Positions 29,772-39,035 of a DNA stretch of 64,000 nt are shown here, one piece after another. A program made the position numbers and the translations under genes. Origin of the DNA: Nannocystales bacterium (GTDB taxonomy: Bacteria > Myxococcota_A > Polyangia > Nannocystales > Nannocystaceae); the NCBI GenBank assembly GCA_050633305.1, contig JBOEGF010000007.1, forward strand, positions 32,001 to 96,000, read 5' to 3'. Within the stretch, counting starts at the first letter, position 1; each line of letters begins with the position of its first letter. Under the pieces are notes generated by a model. It did not search any database. It was not told where the DNA came from and saw only the letters and a list, made by a program, of their open reading frames with translations.

Positions 29772-30329
29772 CTAATGGGCTGCGGCTTCGAGGCACTCTT
29801 TGCGGCGGGACTTGATCAGCTCGCCACACTTGCGGTGGTCGATGCCGAGCACGATGGCGGTCAGGGCGAGTCCGGCCACAGCAAGCGCGGCGCCACCGAT
29901 CGCGACGCCGTTGAAGGCCTTGCCGCGGTCTCGCAGATCGGACTCTTCATTTCGAGAGAGTCCTTCGTTGTACCCGTCGTCGAGCTGGTTTTCGGTGATC
30001 TGCCCGGCTGCGCCGAAGCCGATCGCCATGGCACCGCCGAGCGCCGAGGCCACGACGCCGCCGACGAATGCACCCTTCCGCCTGCGCTGGTCCCTGTCCG
30101 TGTCGCTACCGTCGCTGAGGTCGTCGGACGTATCGATACGCTCGCCGGATGCGTCGGTTTGCTCGAACGTGGTGCGCTCGGCGAGCCGACCGACTTGGAG
30201 ATCGCTGGGGAGCGCGCGGGGGGTGGGTCGCTGCGTGTAGCTGAGTGCGGGGGTGCACCCGGTCAGCGTGGCGGCCGTGAGTGCGAGCGACGTGAGGAGC
30301 ACTGACGAAGTGGAAAGCAGCGTCTTCAT
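29772..30329 (-). CDS. Lipoprotein with two C-terminal hydrophobic helices
   Basis: LTG-C lipobox; SD-like AAGGAG upstream; ATGA overlap with the upstream gene. Confidence 0.7.
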   Translation of the reverse strand: MKTLLSTSSVLLTSLALTAATLTGCTPALSYTQRPTPRALPSDLQVGRLAERTTFEQTDASGERIDTSDDLSDGSDTDRDQRRRKGAFVGGVVASALGGAMAIGFGAAGQITENQLDDGYNEGLSRNEESDLRDRGKAFNGVAIGGAALAVAGLALTAIVLGIDHRKCGELIKSRRKECLEAAAH

Positions 30330-30886
30330 TCTGTGTCTCCTTCTGTGCCCCCGTCAGAGTCTCCGTCCGTGTCCCCGTCCGAGCCCGCGGTCGTCTCAGG
30401 AAGATCTTCGGGGATGCAGACACCTACGCCTGGGGGACAGATCTGGCCTTGACCGCACGCGCCGGCGTCGGTGGGATCGCACGTGGTCGCGCAAAACCCC
30501 GCGATGCAGAGCTCACCGTCGGGGCAGCTGTCCGCGGAGCATTCCTCCATGCACAGCCCCGCGCCGATCAGCTCGCTGACGGTTGGGATCTCCGTGCAGC
30601 TCTGCGATCCCGGACATGCATCGTCGTCCGGGCTGCAGGCGCTCACACAGACGCCGTTGATGCAGGCGAGGTGCTGGGGGGAGGTCCCGCAGTCCTCGTC
30701 GGCGGTCGCCATCGTGCACTCGACCTGACACAGCCCGGAGACGCACGAGGTGCCTTCGCCGCACTCGTTGTCGCTCCCGCAGGTGTTGCGGAAGTACGGC
30801 GGAGGAAGCCGCTCGGAGTAGCAACCGGTTCCCGTGCCGATTGCGCAAAGAGTGGCCAAGAGCGTGAGGGGGAGAAGTCGGGACAT
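30326..30886 (-). CDS. Cys-rich lipoprotein with acidic Thr/Gly tail
   Basis: GTG-C lipobox-like, repeated C-x-C modules, tail ETTAGSDGDTDGDSDGGTEGDTE. Confidence 0.75.
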   Translation of the reverse strand: MSRLLPLTLLATLCAIGTGTGCYSERLPPPYFRNTCGSDNECGEGTSCVSGLCQVECTMATADEDCGTSPQHLACINGVCVSACSPDDDACPGSQSCTEIPTVSELIGAGLCMEECSADSCPDGELCIAGFCATTCDPTDAGACGQGQICPPGVGVCIPEDLPETTAGSDGDTDGDSDGGTEGDTE

Positions 30887-30958
30887 GGCGTCGCTTCGCA
30901 TGAGCGTATGCCACGAATCCCCCACAGCGTCACCCGCAGCGGCCGAATTCGGCCGGGT

Positions 30959-32155
30959 TCACGGGGCGGCGGCAGCCGACAGCGTCGAGGGAGAATCGGG
31001 CCTTCGCATGGACCCCACGACGGCTCGGCGGGTTTCGCCATACTTCTCGTGCCATTGTGCCGGCGTTTCGAACGCGAGGACGGTGACCGAGTCTCGGTGT
31101 CCATCCCGCACGAAGTGAACGTGTCGGGCCATCTGGACCCCGTTGCGCTCCAGCGAATACACCACCGTCTGGACGTCCTCGCCATCGGAGCGGGATTCTT
31201 CTCGCAGATCGTTGGCGCGGCCGCCGGGGACGAGCGCCCGCAGCCTGTTGTTCTCGTACCAATGCTCGGCGTCCTGCGCATGCTCGCTCGGCACGGGATC
31301 GGCCGTGAGGACCACCATCCCCCCGGCGGTGGAGAATTCCCGTTCCCCAAGGGGGCCGTACCGAGGCCGCCAGCGGGATGGGACCTGGAGCGTGACCCCG
31401 TTGTCGAGGGCCACGGCCCGGCGCTTGTCTCCTCCGACGAGGTTCGGCGCCACAGCGATGGTTGCGATGCAGAACACGCCCGCGGCCACGAATCGCACCG
31501 GCCAATGCCGCTTGCGAGGCAGCCAGGGATAGTTGGGGAGGGCGATCGGGAGGAGCATGCCGCCGATGAGACCTGCGCAGAGCCCACCGAGGTGGCTCGC
31601 GTGGTCGACCCCGGGGTTCCGCATCCCAACGACAAAGAGGATGACCAAAAAAGGCAGTACCCAGATGCCGAAGTACCGCTGCACGCTCGCGGCCAGGCGA
31701 TCGTGGTAGCGCAGGCCGAACGTGACGGCGGCGCCGAGCACCCCGAAGACGATCCCGCTGGAGCCGGCCGAGACTTGGGGTGTTCCCAGAAGGCTCGCTA
31801 GGGAGGATGCGACGGCGGAAAAGAGGATGAGGGCCGCGTAGTCGCTGCGGCGGGAAGCGTGTTCGAGCGCGCCGCCGACGGTAAAGAGGAACACGAGGTT
31901 GAACACCAAGTGCAGCACCGACGTGTGCACGAAGTGGCAGCTGAGCAGTCGCCACGACTCCCCCACATCTGCGACCAGCGGCGTGCTTCGGCCCCCGAGG
32001 GCGATGACGTACAGCGCACTCCCGGTGTCCACGGTGCTCGCGCCGTGCTGCAGGATGTCGAGCAGCCACGCGCTGGCGTAGGCCACGGTCGCAATCGCGC
32101 AGACGACGAACGTGAGCCACGGAAAGCCGCGACGGTCCTGAGAAACACGCACCAC
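30959..32155 (-). CDS. Rhomboid intramembrane serine protease with soluble C-terminal domain
   Basis: WRLL, HLVFN, GSSG catalytic Ser, HLGG catalytic His. Start estimated. Confidence 0.88.
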   Translation of the reverse strand: MVRVSQDRRGFPWLTFVVCAIATVAYASAWLLDILQHGASTVDTGSALYVIALGGRSTPLVADVGESWRLLSCHFVHTSVLHLVFNLVFLFTVGGALEHASRRSDYAALILFSAVASSLASLLGTPQVSAGSSGIVFGVLGAAVTFGLRYHDRLAASVQRYFGIWVLPFLVILFVVGMRNPGVDHASHLGGLCAGLIGGMLLPIALPNYPWLPRKRHWPVRFVAAGVFCIATIAVAPNLVGGDKRRAVALDNGVTLQVPSRWRPRYGPLGEREFSTAGGMVVLTADPVPSEHAQDAEHWYENNRLRALVPGGRANDLREESRSDGEDVQTVVYSLERNGVQMARHVHFVRDGHRDSVTVLAFETPAQWHEKYGETRRAVVGSMRRPDSPSTLSAAAAP

Positions 32156-32313
32156 CTGTATAGGTTCGTAACGGGCGGACTTCGCGCGTCCAGACTGAAG
32201 TGATGCCGGATCTGAGCCGACTGGGCCGGTTGAGGGGTTGCTTTGACACGGCGCCGACTCGCGCGGATCCCGACCTGCGAGCACACACACGCACAGCAGG
32301 GCGCCTGAGCCGG

Positions 32314-32342
32314 TGGACGACGCTCAGGCCCCGTGATACCAA
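32314..32342 (+). promoter_or_regulatory. Putative rpsB promoter (TGGACG-N17-TACCAA, extended TG, GC-rich discriminator)
   Basis: Spacing counted directly; flanked by the inverted repeat GCCTGAGC/GCTCAGGC. Confidence 0.5.
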
Positions 32343-32358
32343 CCGCGCCTCATCAACA

Positions 32359-32440
32359 TGCGCCCCGAGGGATTCCCGGCGTGACCGCATTCGCGGTTTT
32401 GGGAAACCGACGACGGGCGCAAAAGCAAAACGCCGGAGAC
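32359..32440 (+). promoter_or_regulatory. Structured rpsB 5' leader (candidate S2 autoregulatory element)
   Basis: Nested stems TGCGCCC/GGGCGCA, TTCCC/GGGAA, GACCGC/GCGGTT; CCGGCGT complementary to ACGCCGG overlapping the SD. Confidence 0.65.
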
Positions 32441-32447
32441 AACCAAT

Positions 32448-33362
<915 letters not shown>

Positions 33363-33412
33363 ACGCGGACCCTCACCTCAGCCCAACCTTCACTTAGTCA
33401 GGGAAGCAAGCG

Positions 33413-34087
33413 ATGACACAAGTCACCTCTGGAATGATCAAGGAGCTCCGTCAGGCAACGGGCGCGGGCCTCATGGACTGCAAGAAGGCCCTCAAAGAAG
33501 TTGATGGCGACATCGACAAGGCCATGGAGTTCCTTCGCAAGAAGGGCCTCGCCAAGGCCGCCAAGAAGGCCGGCCGCGCAGCGACCGAGGGCGCCGTGCT
33601 CTCGTACATCCACCCGAACAACCGCGTGGGTGTCCTGGTCGAGATCAACTGCGAGACCGACTTCGTCGCCAAGAACGAAGACTTCAAGGGCTTCTGTGCC
33701 GACGTCGCCATGCAGATCGCTGCCATGGGTCCCGATGCGGTTCGCCGCGAAGAGATGGACACCTCGGCTGTCGAGAAAGAGCGCGAGATCCTGCGGGAGA
33801 AAGCACTCGGCGAAGGCAAGCCCGAGAAGATCGTCGACAAGATCGTCGAAGGTCAGATCAACAAGTTCTACTCCGAGCGCGTACTTCTCGAGCAGGTGTT
33901 CGTGAAGAACGGTCCCGACAACAACAAGCGGACCGTCGAAGAACTCACCAAGGAGATCATCGCCAAGCTCGGTGAGAACATCTCCATCCGTCGCTTCGCT
34001 CGCTTCGAGCTCGGCGAGGGCATGGCCAAGAAGGAAGAAGACTTCGCGGCCGAGGTTGCTGCGCAAGTCGCCGGCACCGCCAACTGA
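33413..34087 (+). CDS. tsf: Elongation factor Ts (short form)
   Basis: ELRQATGAGLMDCKKAL, NCETDFVA. Confidence 0.99.
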   Translation: MTQVTSGMIKELRQATGAGLMDCKKALKEVDGDIDKAMEFLRKKGLAKAAKKAGRAATEGAVLSYIHPNNRVGVLVEINCETDFVAKNEDFKGFCADVAMQIAAMGPDAVRREEMDTSAVEKEREILREKALGEGKPEKIVDKIVEGQINKFYSERVLLEQVFVKNGPDNNKRTVEELTKEIIAKLGENISIRRFARFELGEGMAKKEEDFAAEVAAQVAGTAN

Positions 34088-34124
34088 GCCCGCGCCTCGC
34101 GCGGAACGTGGCCGCGAGCCACAG

Positions 34125-34159
34125 ACGGGGAGTCCAAAGCGGGCTCCCCGTTTCTATTT
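34125..34159 (+). terminator. Intrinsic terminator after tsf
   Basis: CGGGGAGTCC-AAAGC-GGGCTCCCCG followed by TTTCTATTT. Confidence 0.8.
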
Positions 34160-34186
34160 GGGGGCTGGTAGGGTCCCGCTGCGCCA

Positions 34187-34906
34187 ATGGCAGAAGGCAA
34201 ACCGTTTCGTCGCATCTTGCTGAAACTCTCCGGCGAAGCGTTGTCCGAGGATGGACAGGGCATCACCCCGTCGGTCTTGGCCAACGTTGCGGAGGACGTT
34301 GCACCCGTCCTCGCGGCCGGCATCCAGGTTGGCATCGTCGTCGGCGCGGGGAACATCTTCCGAGGCATGAGCGACGCCGCTTCGACGATGCGTCGGCACG
34401 TGGCGGACTCGATGGGGATGTTGGGCACCGTCATCAATGCGCTCGCGTTGCAGGAGGCGTTTCTCGCCGCCGGGCTCAAGGCGAGCGCGATGTCTTCGGT
34501 GCCGATGCCGTCCGTGTGTGAGCCGTTCAACGCCGGCCGTGCACGCCGCCTGCTCGAGGGCGGGCACGTCGTGTTGTTCGGCGGAGGAACTGGAAACCCC
34601 TACTTCACCACCGACACGGCCGCTGTCCTGCGCGGACTCGAGATTGGCGCCGACGTGGTGATGAAGGCGACCAAGGTCGACGGCGTCTACGACAAAGACC
34701 CGATGCAGCACGATGACGCCGTCAAGTTCGACCGGCTCACCCATCTCGAAGTGGTCGCCAAGGGCCTCCAAGTGATGGATAGCACCGCGTCGACGATGTC
34801 TCAGGACGGCGGGCTTCCGATTCTGGTCTTCAACATGCGCACTCGCGGTAACATCCTGGCCGCGGCGCGTGGCGAGCCGGTGGGTACCGTGGTGGTGCCG
34901 TCCTAA
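34187..34906 (+). CDS. pyrH: UMP kinase
   Basis: LLKLSGEAL, GAGNIFRG, GNPYFTTD. Confidence 0.98.
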   Translation: MAEGKPFRRILLKLSGEALSEDGQGITPSVLANVAEDVAPVLAAGIQVGIVVGAGNIFRGMSDAASTMRRHVADSMGMLGTVINALALQEAFLAAGLKASAMSSVPMPSVCEPFNAGRARRLLEGGHVVLFGGGTGNPYFTTDTAAVLRGLEIGADVVMKATKVDGVYDKDPMQHDDAVKFDRLTHLEVVAKGLQVMDSTASTMSQDGGLPILVFNMRTRGNILAAARGEPVGTVVVPS

Positions 34907-34976
34907 GCCCCGCCGAACCTCTCGCATCCTCCACGAACTCAAGGCCGAGTACGGCCGGATCAAGGCAGACACCGAC

Positions 34977-35534
34977 ATGCTTGAAGACGCAAAAGAACTT
35001 GCAGCCGAAGGAATGGAAAAGGCGAAGGAGCGACTGCTCCGAGAGCTGGCCCGCATCCGCGCCGGTCGTGCAAACCCAGCGCTGCTCGATGACGTGAAGG
35101 TCGACAGCTACGGCTCGATGATGCCGCTCAAGCAGGTGGGCACCATCAGCGTGGGCGACGCTCGGCTGCTGGTCATCAAGCCCTTCGACCGCAACAACAT
35201 TGCGGCGATCGAGAAGGCGATCAACAACTCTCAACTCGGTCTCAACCCGCAGAGCGACGGTGTGATCGTCCGGGTCCCCATTCCTCCTCTCACCGAGGAG
35301 CGCCGCAAGCAGCTGGTCAAGCAGGCGGGCTCGGCGGGTGAGGACGCCAAGATCTCCATGCGGCAAGTCCGGCGTGAAGCCAACGACATGCTCAAGCAGG
35401 CGGAGAAGGACAAGGACATCAGCGAGGATGACCTCAAGCGGGGCTTGGAGCAGATCCAAAAGCTCACCGAGGCCGAGACCAAGAAGGTCGACGCCGTCGT
35501 CTCGGCCAAAGAAGCCGAGATCATCGACGGCTGA
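34977..35534 (+). CDS. frr: Ribosome recycling factor
   Basis: RAGRANP, IPPLTEERRK. Confidence 0.98.
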   Translation: MLEDAKELAAEGMEKAKERLLRELARIRAGRANPALLDDVKVDSYGSMMPLKQVGTISVGDARLLVIKPFDRNNIAAIEKAINNSQLGLNPQSDGVIVRVPIPPLTEERRKQLVKQAGSAGEDAKISMRQVRREANDMLKQAEKDKDISEDDLKRGLEQIQKLTEAETKKVDAVVSAKEAEIIDG

Positions 35535-35618
35535 CCCGCGGGGCTCGATTGCTCGGCTCCACGGCGGAGCTGCCTCGTCTCCAACCTCCGTTTGAGGGCC
35601 CGCCAAACACGCGAGCGC

Positions 35619-35694
35619 GACACCGCTTCCCTCGTGCATCATCGCGATGCTCGGAAGGAGGCGGTGTTCTTCGTGGGGACGGTACGCCCCTACG
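35619..35694. terminator. Paired hairpins between convergent frr and MTase genes
   Basis: ACACCGCTTCC...GGAGGCGGTGT with inner GCATC/GATGC, then CGTGGGG/CCCCTACG. Confidence 0.45.
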
Positions 35695-35703
35695 CGACGT
35701 CGC

Positions 35704-36546
35704 TCAGGACTTGGCGACCCTGAGCTTGGCGCGCTTCATCTTCTTGGCCGGTGGCGGAAGCTCGGTCTCGAAGCGTTGGATGCTGAGGTCGGCGTACTCC
35801 GCCTCTCGCTCGATGCCGATGTACCGGTGACCGGCACGAATCGCCGCGACGCCCGTCGTTCCGCTCCCGTTGAAGGGGTCGAGAACCACGGAGTCTTCGT
35901 TGCAGGAGGACTGGAGCACGCGCTCGAGCAAGCTCAGCGGCTTCTGCGTGGGGTGCTTGCCGTGCTCTTTCTCGCGTTTGCCGGGCGCGGTCATGCGCCA
36001 CACCGACTTCATCTGCTTGCCGCCGTTGATCTCTTTCATCAGCGGGTAGTTGAAGACGTGCTTGGATTTTCGGTCGCGCCCGGCCCACAGCACCGTCTCG
36101 GTCGAGTGGGTGAAGTAGCGGCACGAGAGGTTTGGCGGCGGGTTGGGCTTCTCCCAGACGATCTCGTTGAGCATCTTGAAGCCCAGTTGCTGCATCGCGA
36201 ACCCAACACTGTGGATCACGTGGCTCGTCCCCGAGACCCAGATCGTCCCGTTGGGGGTGAGCACTTGCTGGCACAGGGCGAGCCACTTCCGGTTGAACTC
36301 GTGGTTCTCGTCCACGCCGAGGCTTTTGTCCCACTTGCCCTTGTTGACCGAGGTCCGCTTCCCGCCTCGGCAGGTCGTCCCGCCGTTGCTCAGGAAATAA
36401 GGAGGATCCGCGAAAATGCAGTCAACCGAGCCGGGTTCCAGGCGTGAGAGAGCCTCGAAACAGTCGTCGTTGATCAGGGCGGTCCGCCCATCCGGAGAGG
36501 TCCAGTAGGGGGAGGAGTCCGCTTGAAGCGCGAGCGTCGATGCCAC
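35704..36546 (-). CDS. Orphan beta-class amino-DNA methyltransferase (DpnA/M2.DpnII-like)
   Basis: DPPY before DPFNGSGTT; LSNGG, VNKGKWD, KPNPPPNLSCRYFTHSTE, HPTQKP. Confidence 0.9.
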   Translation of the reverse strand: MASTLALQADSSPYWTSPDGRTALINDDCFEALSRLEPGSVDCIFADPPYFLSNGGTTCRGGKRTSVNKGKWDKSLGVDENHEFNRKWLALCQQVLTPNGTIWVSGTSHVIHSVGFAMQQLGFKMLNEIVWEKPNPPPNLSCRYFTHSTETVLWAGRDRKSKHVFNYPLMKEINGGKQMKSVWRMTAPGKREKEHGKHPTQKPLSLLERVLQSSCNEDSVVLDPFNGSGTTGVAAIRAGHRYIGIEREAEYADLSIQRFETELPPPAKKMKRAKLRVAKS

Positions 36547-36693
36547 GTGGCCAGGTTCCACACACCGACCGACCAAATGAAATTTTCGACGACCCGGATC
36601 GATCAACCCGTGCAGGCCTGATCAGGTGTCGGGGCTTCGTGCGTTGTTTGGTCGGTACGTACCGCCTCTGGTATGCAGGTCACCAGACCGGCC

Positions 36694-37449
36694 ATGTTCG
36701 ATCGTACGTGCACCATGCTGTTGGCGGGCCTCTTGGGGACCGTCGCGGGCTGTAAGGCCAAGGTCGAGATCAAGACCCTGTCCGACGAGTCTCCTTCGCG
36801 CCGCACAGCGGCCTCGTTCGTGCACTGCATCGAGGCGGGCACGGGTGCCTGTGTCAATCAGGAGAACATCTCCGGTGGCTGGGACGCGCTGTATCTGTTG
36901 CAGTGGATGGCCGACGGATCGCCGGTCTCGGTGATGTACGCGCTTCCCGGAGAGCTCGAGGCGCACGAAGACCCACGCCAAGTCGAGCAGCGGTTGGTCT
37001 CCGAGGTTGAGCGATACGCCAACGCCGTCCGCGGTGCGGAGTGCGACCCTGCGGACGCGCTGCAGATGACCCCGATGATCGATGAGGCAGCGAAACGTGC
37101 TTCGGACCGGCTCAGTCGGCTTGGCATGCTGGAGGGGAATCTCCGCGTGATCATCGATGGCCTCGCCGAAGAGGCTCATGAGGGCCTTGATGGCGGCGAG
37201 CTCGTGCGGCTCGATTGTCGCTTCGACCCCTACCGGTTGTACGTCGCCACGCGACGCTTCGATGATGGTGTTCAGCGCGTCCTGGGGTTGTCGACCATGT
37301 TTCCCGCTTCGCTTGGGGGAGATGTCCCGGGTCGTGACGTCGTGGACGAGCGTCTGCACTCGAGCTCGCTGGGCCTCGACTCCGTCCCTCCGCCTCTCGT
37401 TGAGGGCGGCATGAATGCCTGGCTTCCGTTCGAAGTGGAGTTGTTCTGA
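36694..37449 (+). CDS. Hypothetical lipoprotein
   Basis: VAG-C lipobox; stop overlaps the next ATG. Start uncertain (36673-36715). Confidence 0.65.
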   Translation: MFDRTCTMLLAGLLGTVAGCKAKVEIKTLSDESPSRRTAASFVHCIEAGTGACVNQENISGGWDALYLLQWMADGSPVSVMYALPGELEAHEDPRQVEQRLVSEVERYANAVRGAECDPADALQMTPMIDEAAKRASDRLSRLGMLEGNLRVIIDGLAEEAHEGLDGGELVRLDCRFDPYRLYVATRRFDDGVQRVLGLSTMFPASLGGDVPGRDVVDERLHSSSLGLDSVPPPLVEGGMNAWLPFEVELF

Positions 37450-38288
37450 TGCTCGCCAAACTCGCGCTCGCGCTCGTCACCCTGCTCCAACCCAGCACCG
37501 ATCCCCCCGGCGGGGCTTCCGTGTCGCTGGAACGGATCACCAACTTCTCCAATGTGGTGGTCAACCACATCAACGGCAGCATCGGGACGGAGGCGCTTCC
37601 TCAGGGCAGCGGACTCGCGGTCGACCCCGGCGTCTTCGTGACGATCGGCAGGAACAAGCTGCAGGTCTTCGACCGTGAGGTGGCGGTGCTCCAGGACGGG
37701 CTTGTGACCGACGGCACCGTCGCGCAGGAGTGCAAGAGCGGTTGCCCCGCGGTGCTGTTCGACGCGTTCCAGTACGAGTGGCTGAAGATGGCGGTCGAGT
37801 CGTCGTATCTCGACATCGACATTGCAACGCGGGTGGCGTTTGCTGCGGCGACGGATGTTCCCGCGCAGACGCTGCTGATGAGCGCGTATGCGGCCGCGGA
37901 AACTCGGCCCGGCGCGGTCCCTACGGTCTCGATTCTGGTCAACATGGCCGGGCGTGGGTTGCGAGCGCAGCCTGTCTTTCTGCTCCCGCCCGAAGGTCTC
38001 AAGCTCCAGCAGGGCTCGGCCGCGCTCGGTCTGACCATCGAGTTTGATGCTGAGACGTTCATCGTCAGCGGGTCCGATGCCACGCTCGGTCGAGGCAAGC
38101 GCGGCAAGTCCCTGGCGGATGTTCGACGAATCCTCGCGGCGGTTAAAAAACGATTCCCGGGCAAGGAGTCGATCATCTTGGTGCCGCGAGCCGGGGTCTC
38201 CGTCGGCCAGCTCATGATGCTGGTTCAGACGATCCGGACCAGCTATCCCAGGATTGTCCTGAGTCTCGGCCAAGACGTCGTCATCTAA
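37449..38288 (+). CDS. Exported protein with tandem ExbD/TolR-like domains
   Basis: RVAFAAATDVPAQTLL and KKRFPGKESIILVPRAGVSVGQLM segments. Confidence 0.6.
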   Translation: MLAKLALALVTLLQPSTDPPGGASVSLERITNFSNVVVNHINGSIGTEALPQGSGLAVDPGVFVTIGRNKLQVFDREVAVLQDGLVTDGTVAQECKSGCPAVLFDAFQYEWLKMAVESSYLDIDIATRVAFAAATDVPAQTLLMSAYAAAETRPGAVPTVSILVNMAGRGLRAQPVFLLPPEGLKLQQGSAALGLTIEFDAETFIVSGSDATLGRGKRGKSLADVRRILAAVKKRFPGKESIILVPRAGVSVGQLMMLVQTIRTSYPRIVLSLGQDVVI

Positions 38289-38339
38289 GGCCCTCGTTCT
38301 TGGGGCGACTCGCAGTACGAGCGCCGAGGGAGGTACTGT

Positions 38340-39035
38340 GTGTCGGTGCCCGCCCCGCGAGACGACGACGCGCTGCTTTTGCAGTGGCAGCAGGGGGATG
38401 ATGCGGCGGGCACGTTGTTGTTCGAGCGGCATTTCGACGCCATCGCCCGCTTCTTCCGGAACAAGACGGACGGTCCGCTGGATGACCTCGTCCAGCGAAC
38501 GTTCCTGGGCTGTCTCGAGGGCCGAGACCGAATTCGCGGTGACGCCGGATTTCGGGGGTACCTCTTTGGTGTCGCGCGGAACGTGCTGCGGACCTCGTGG
38601 CAAGCCCGGGCTCCGGATCGTTCGCTTGATGAGATCGATGATGCTTCGATCGTGGAGATGGGCGCATCGCCGGCCTCGGCCTATGCTCGGGACCGAACGC
38701 AGCTGGCGATGCTCAACGCATTGCGGCGGATTCCGTTGGAGGCCCAGCTCGTCCTGGAGCTCTGTTACTGGGAGCAGATGAGCGCGCGGGGGGTGGCGGC
38801 CGTGCTGCATGTGCCCCTGGGGACGGCCAAGACTCGGATTCGGCGCGCGCGGACGCTGTTGACGCGGGAGCTTGCAGCCGTGGCTGCCGGTTCAACGCCG
38901 CTACACTCCACGGCCACGCGATTGGACACTTGGGCCCGGGTTGTGCGAGCCCAAGCGCAAGACACGCATCCCCCGGAAAGAAATCCGACGCCGAACGCAA
39001 TCCGTTCGGGCTCTCATCGTACGTCGTCATCGTGA
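38340..39035 (+). CDS. ECF RNA polymerase sigma factor
   Basis: GDDAA..LF, DDLVQRTF, FRGYLFGVARN, VPLGTAKTRIRRAR. Confidence 0.92.
   Translation: MSVPAPRDDDALLLQWQQGDDAAGTLLFERHFDAIARFFRNKTDGPLDDLVQRTFLGCLEGRDRIRGDAGFRGYLFGVARNVLRTSWQARAPDRSLDEIDDASIVEMGASPASAYARDRTQLAMLNALRRIPLEAQLVLELCYWEQMSARGVAAVLHVPLGTAKTRIRRARTLLTRELAAVAAGSTPLHSTATRLDTWARVVRAQAQDTHPPERNPTPNAIRSGSHRTSSS

Noticed and set aside
33413..34087. Truncated EF-Ts
   Set aside because: The short form of about 200-220 aa is a normal variant in many phyla.
35704..37449. Type II restriction-modification system
   Set aside because: The neighbouring ORF is a lipoprotein without nuclease motifs; no endonuclease seen.
38326..38346. 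ECF gene as another leaderless example (TACTGT-6-GTG 38346)
   Set aside because: A good SD (GGGAGG) precedes GTG 38340, so the case is ambiguous.
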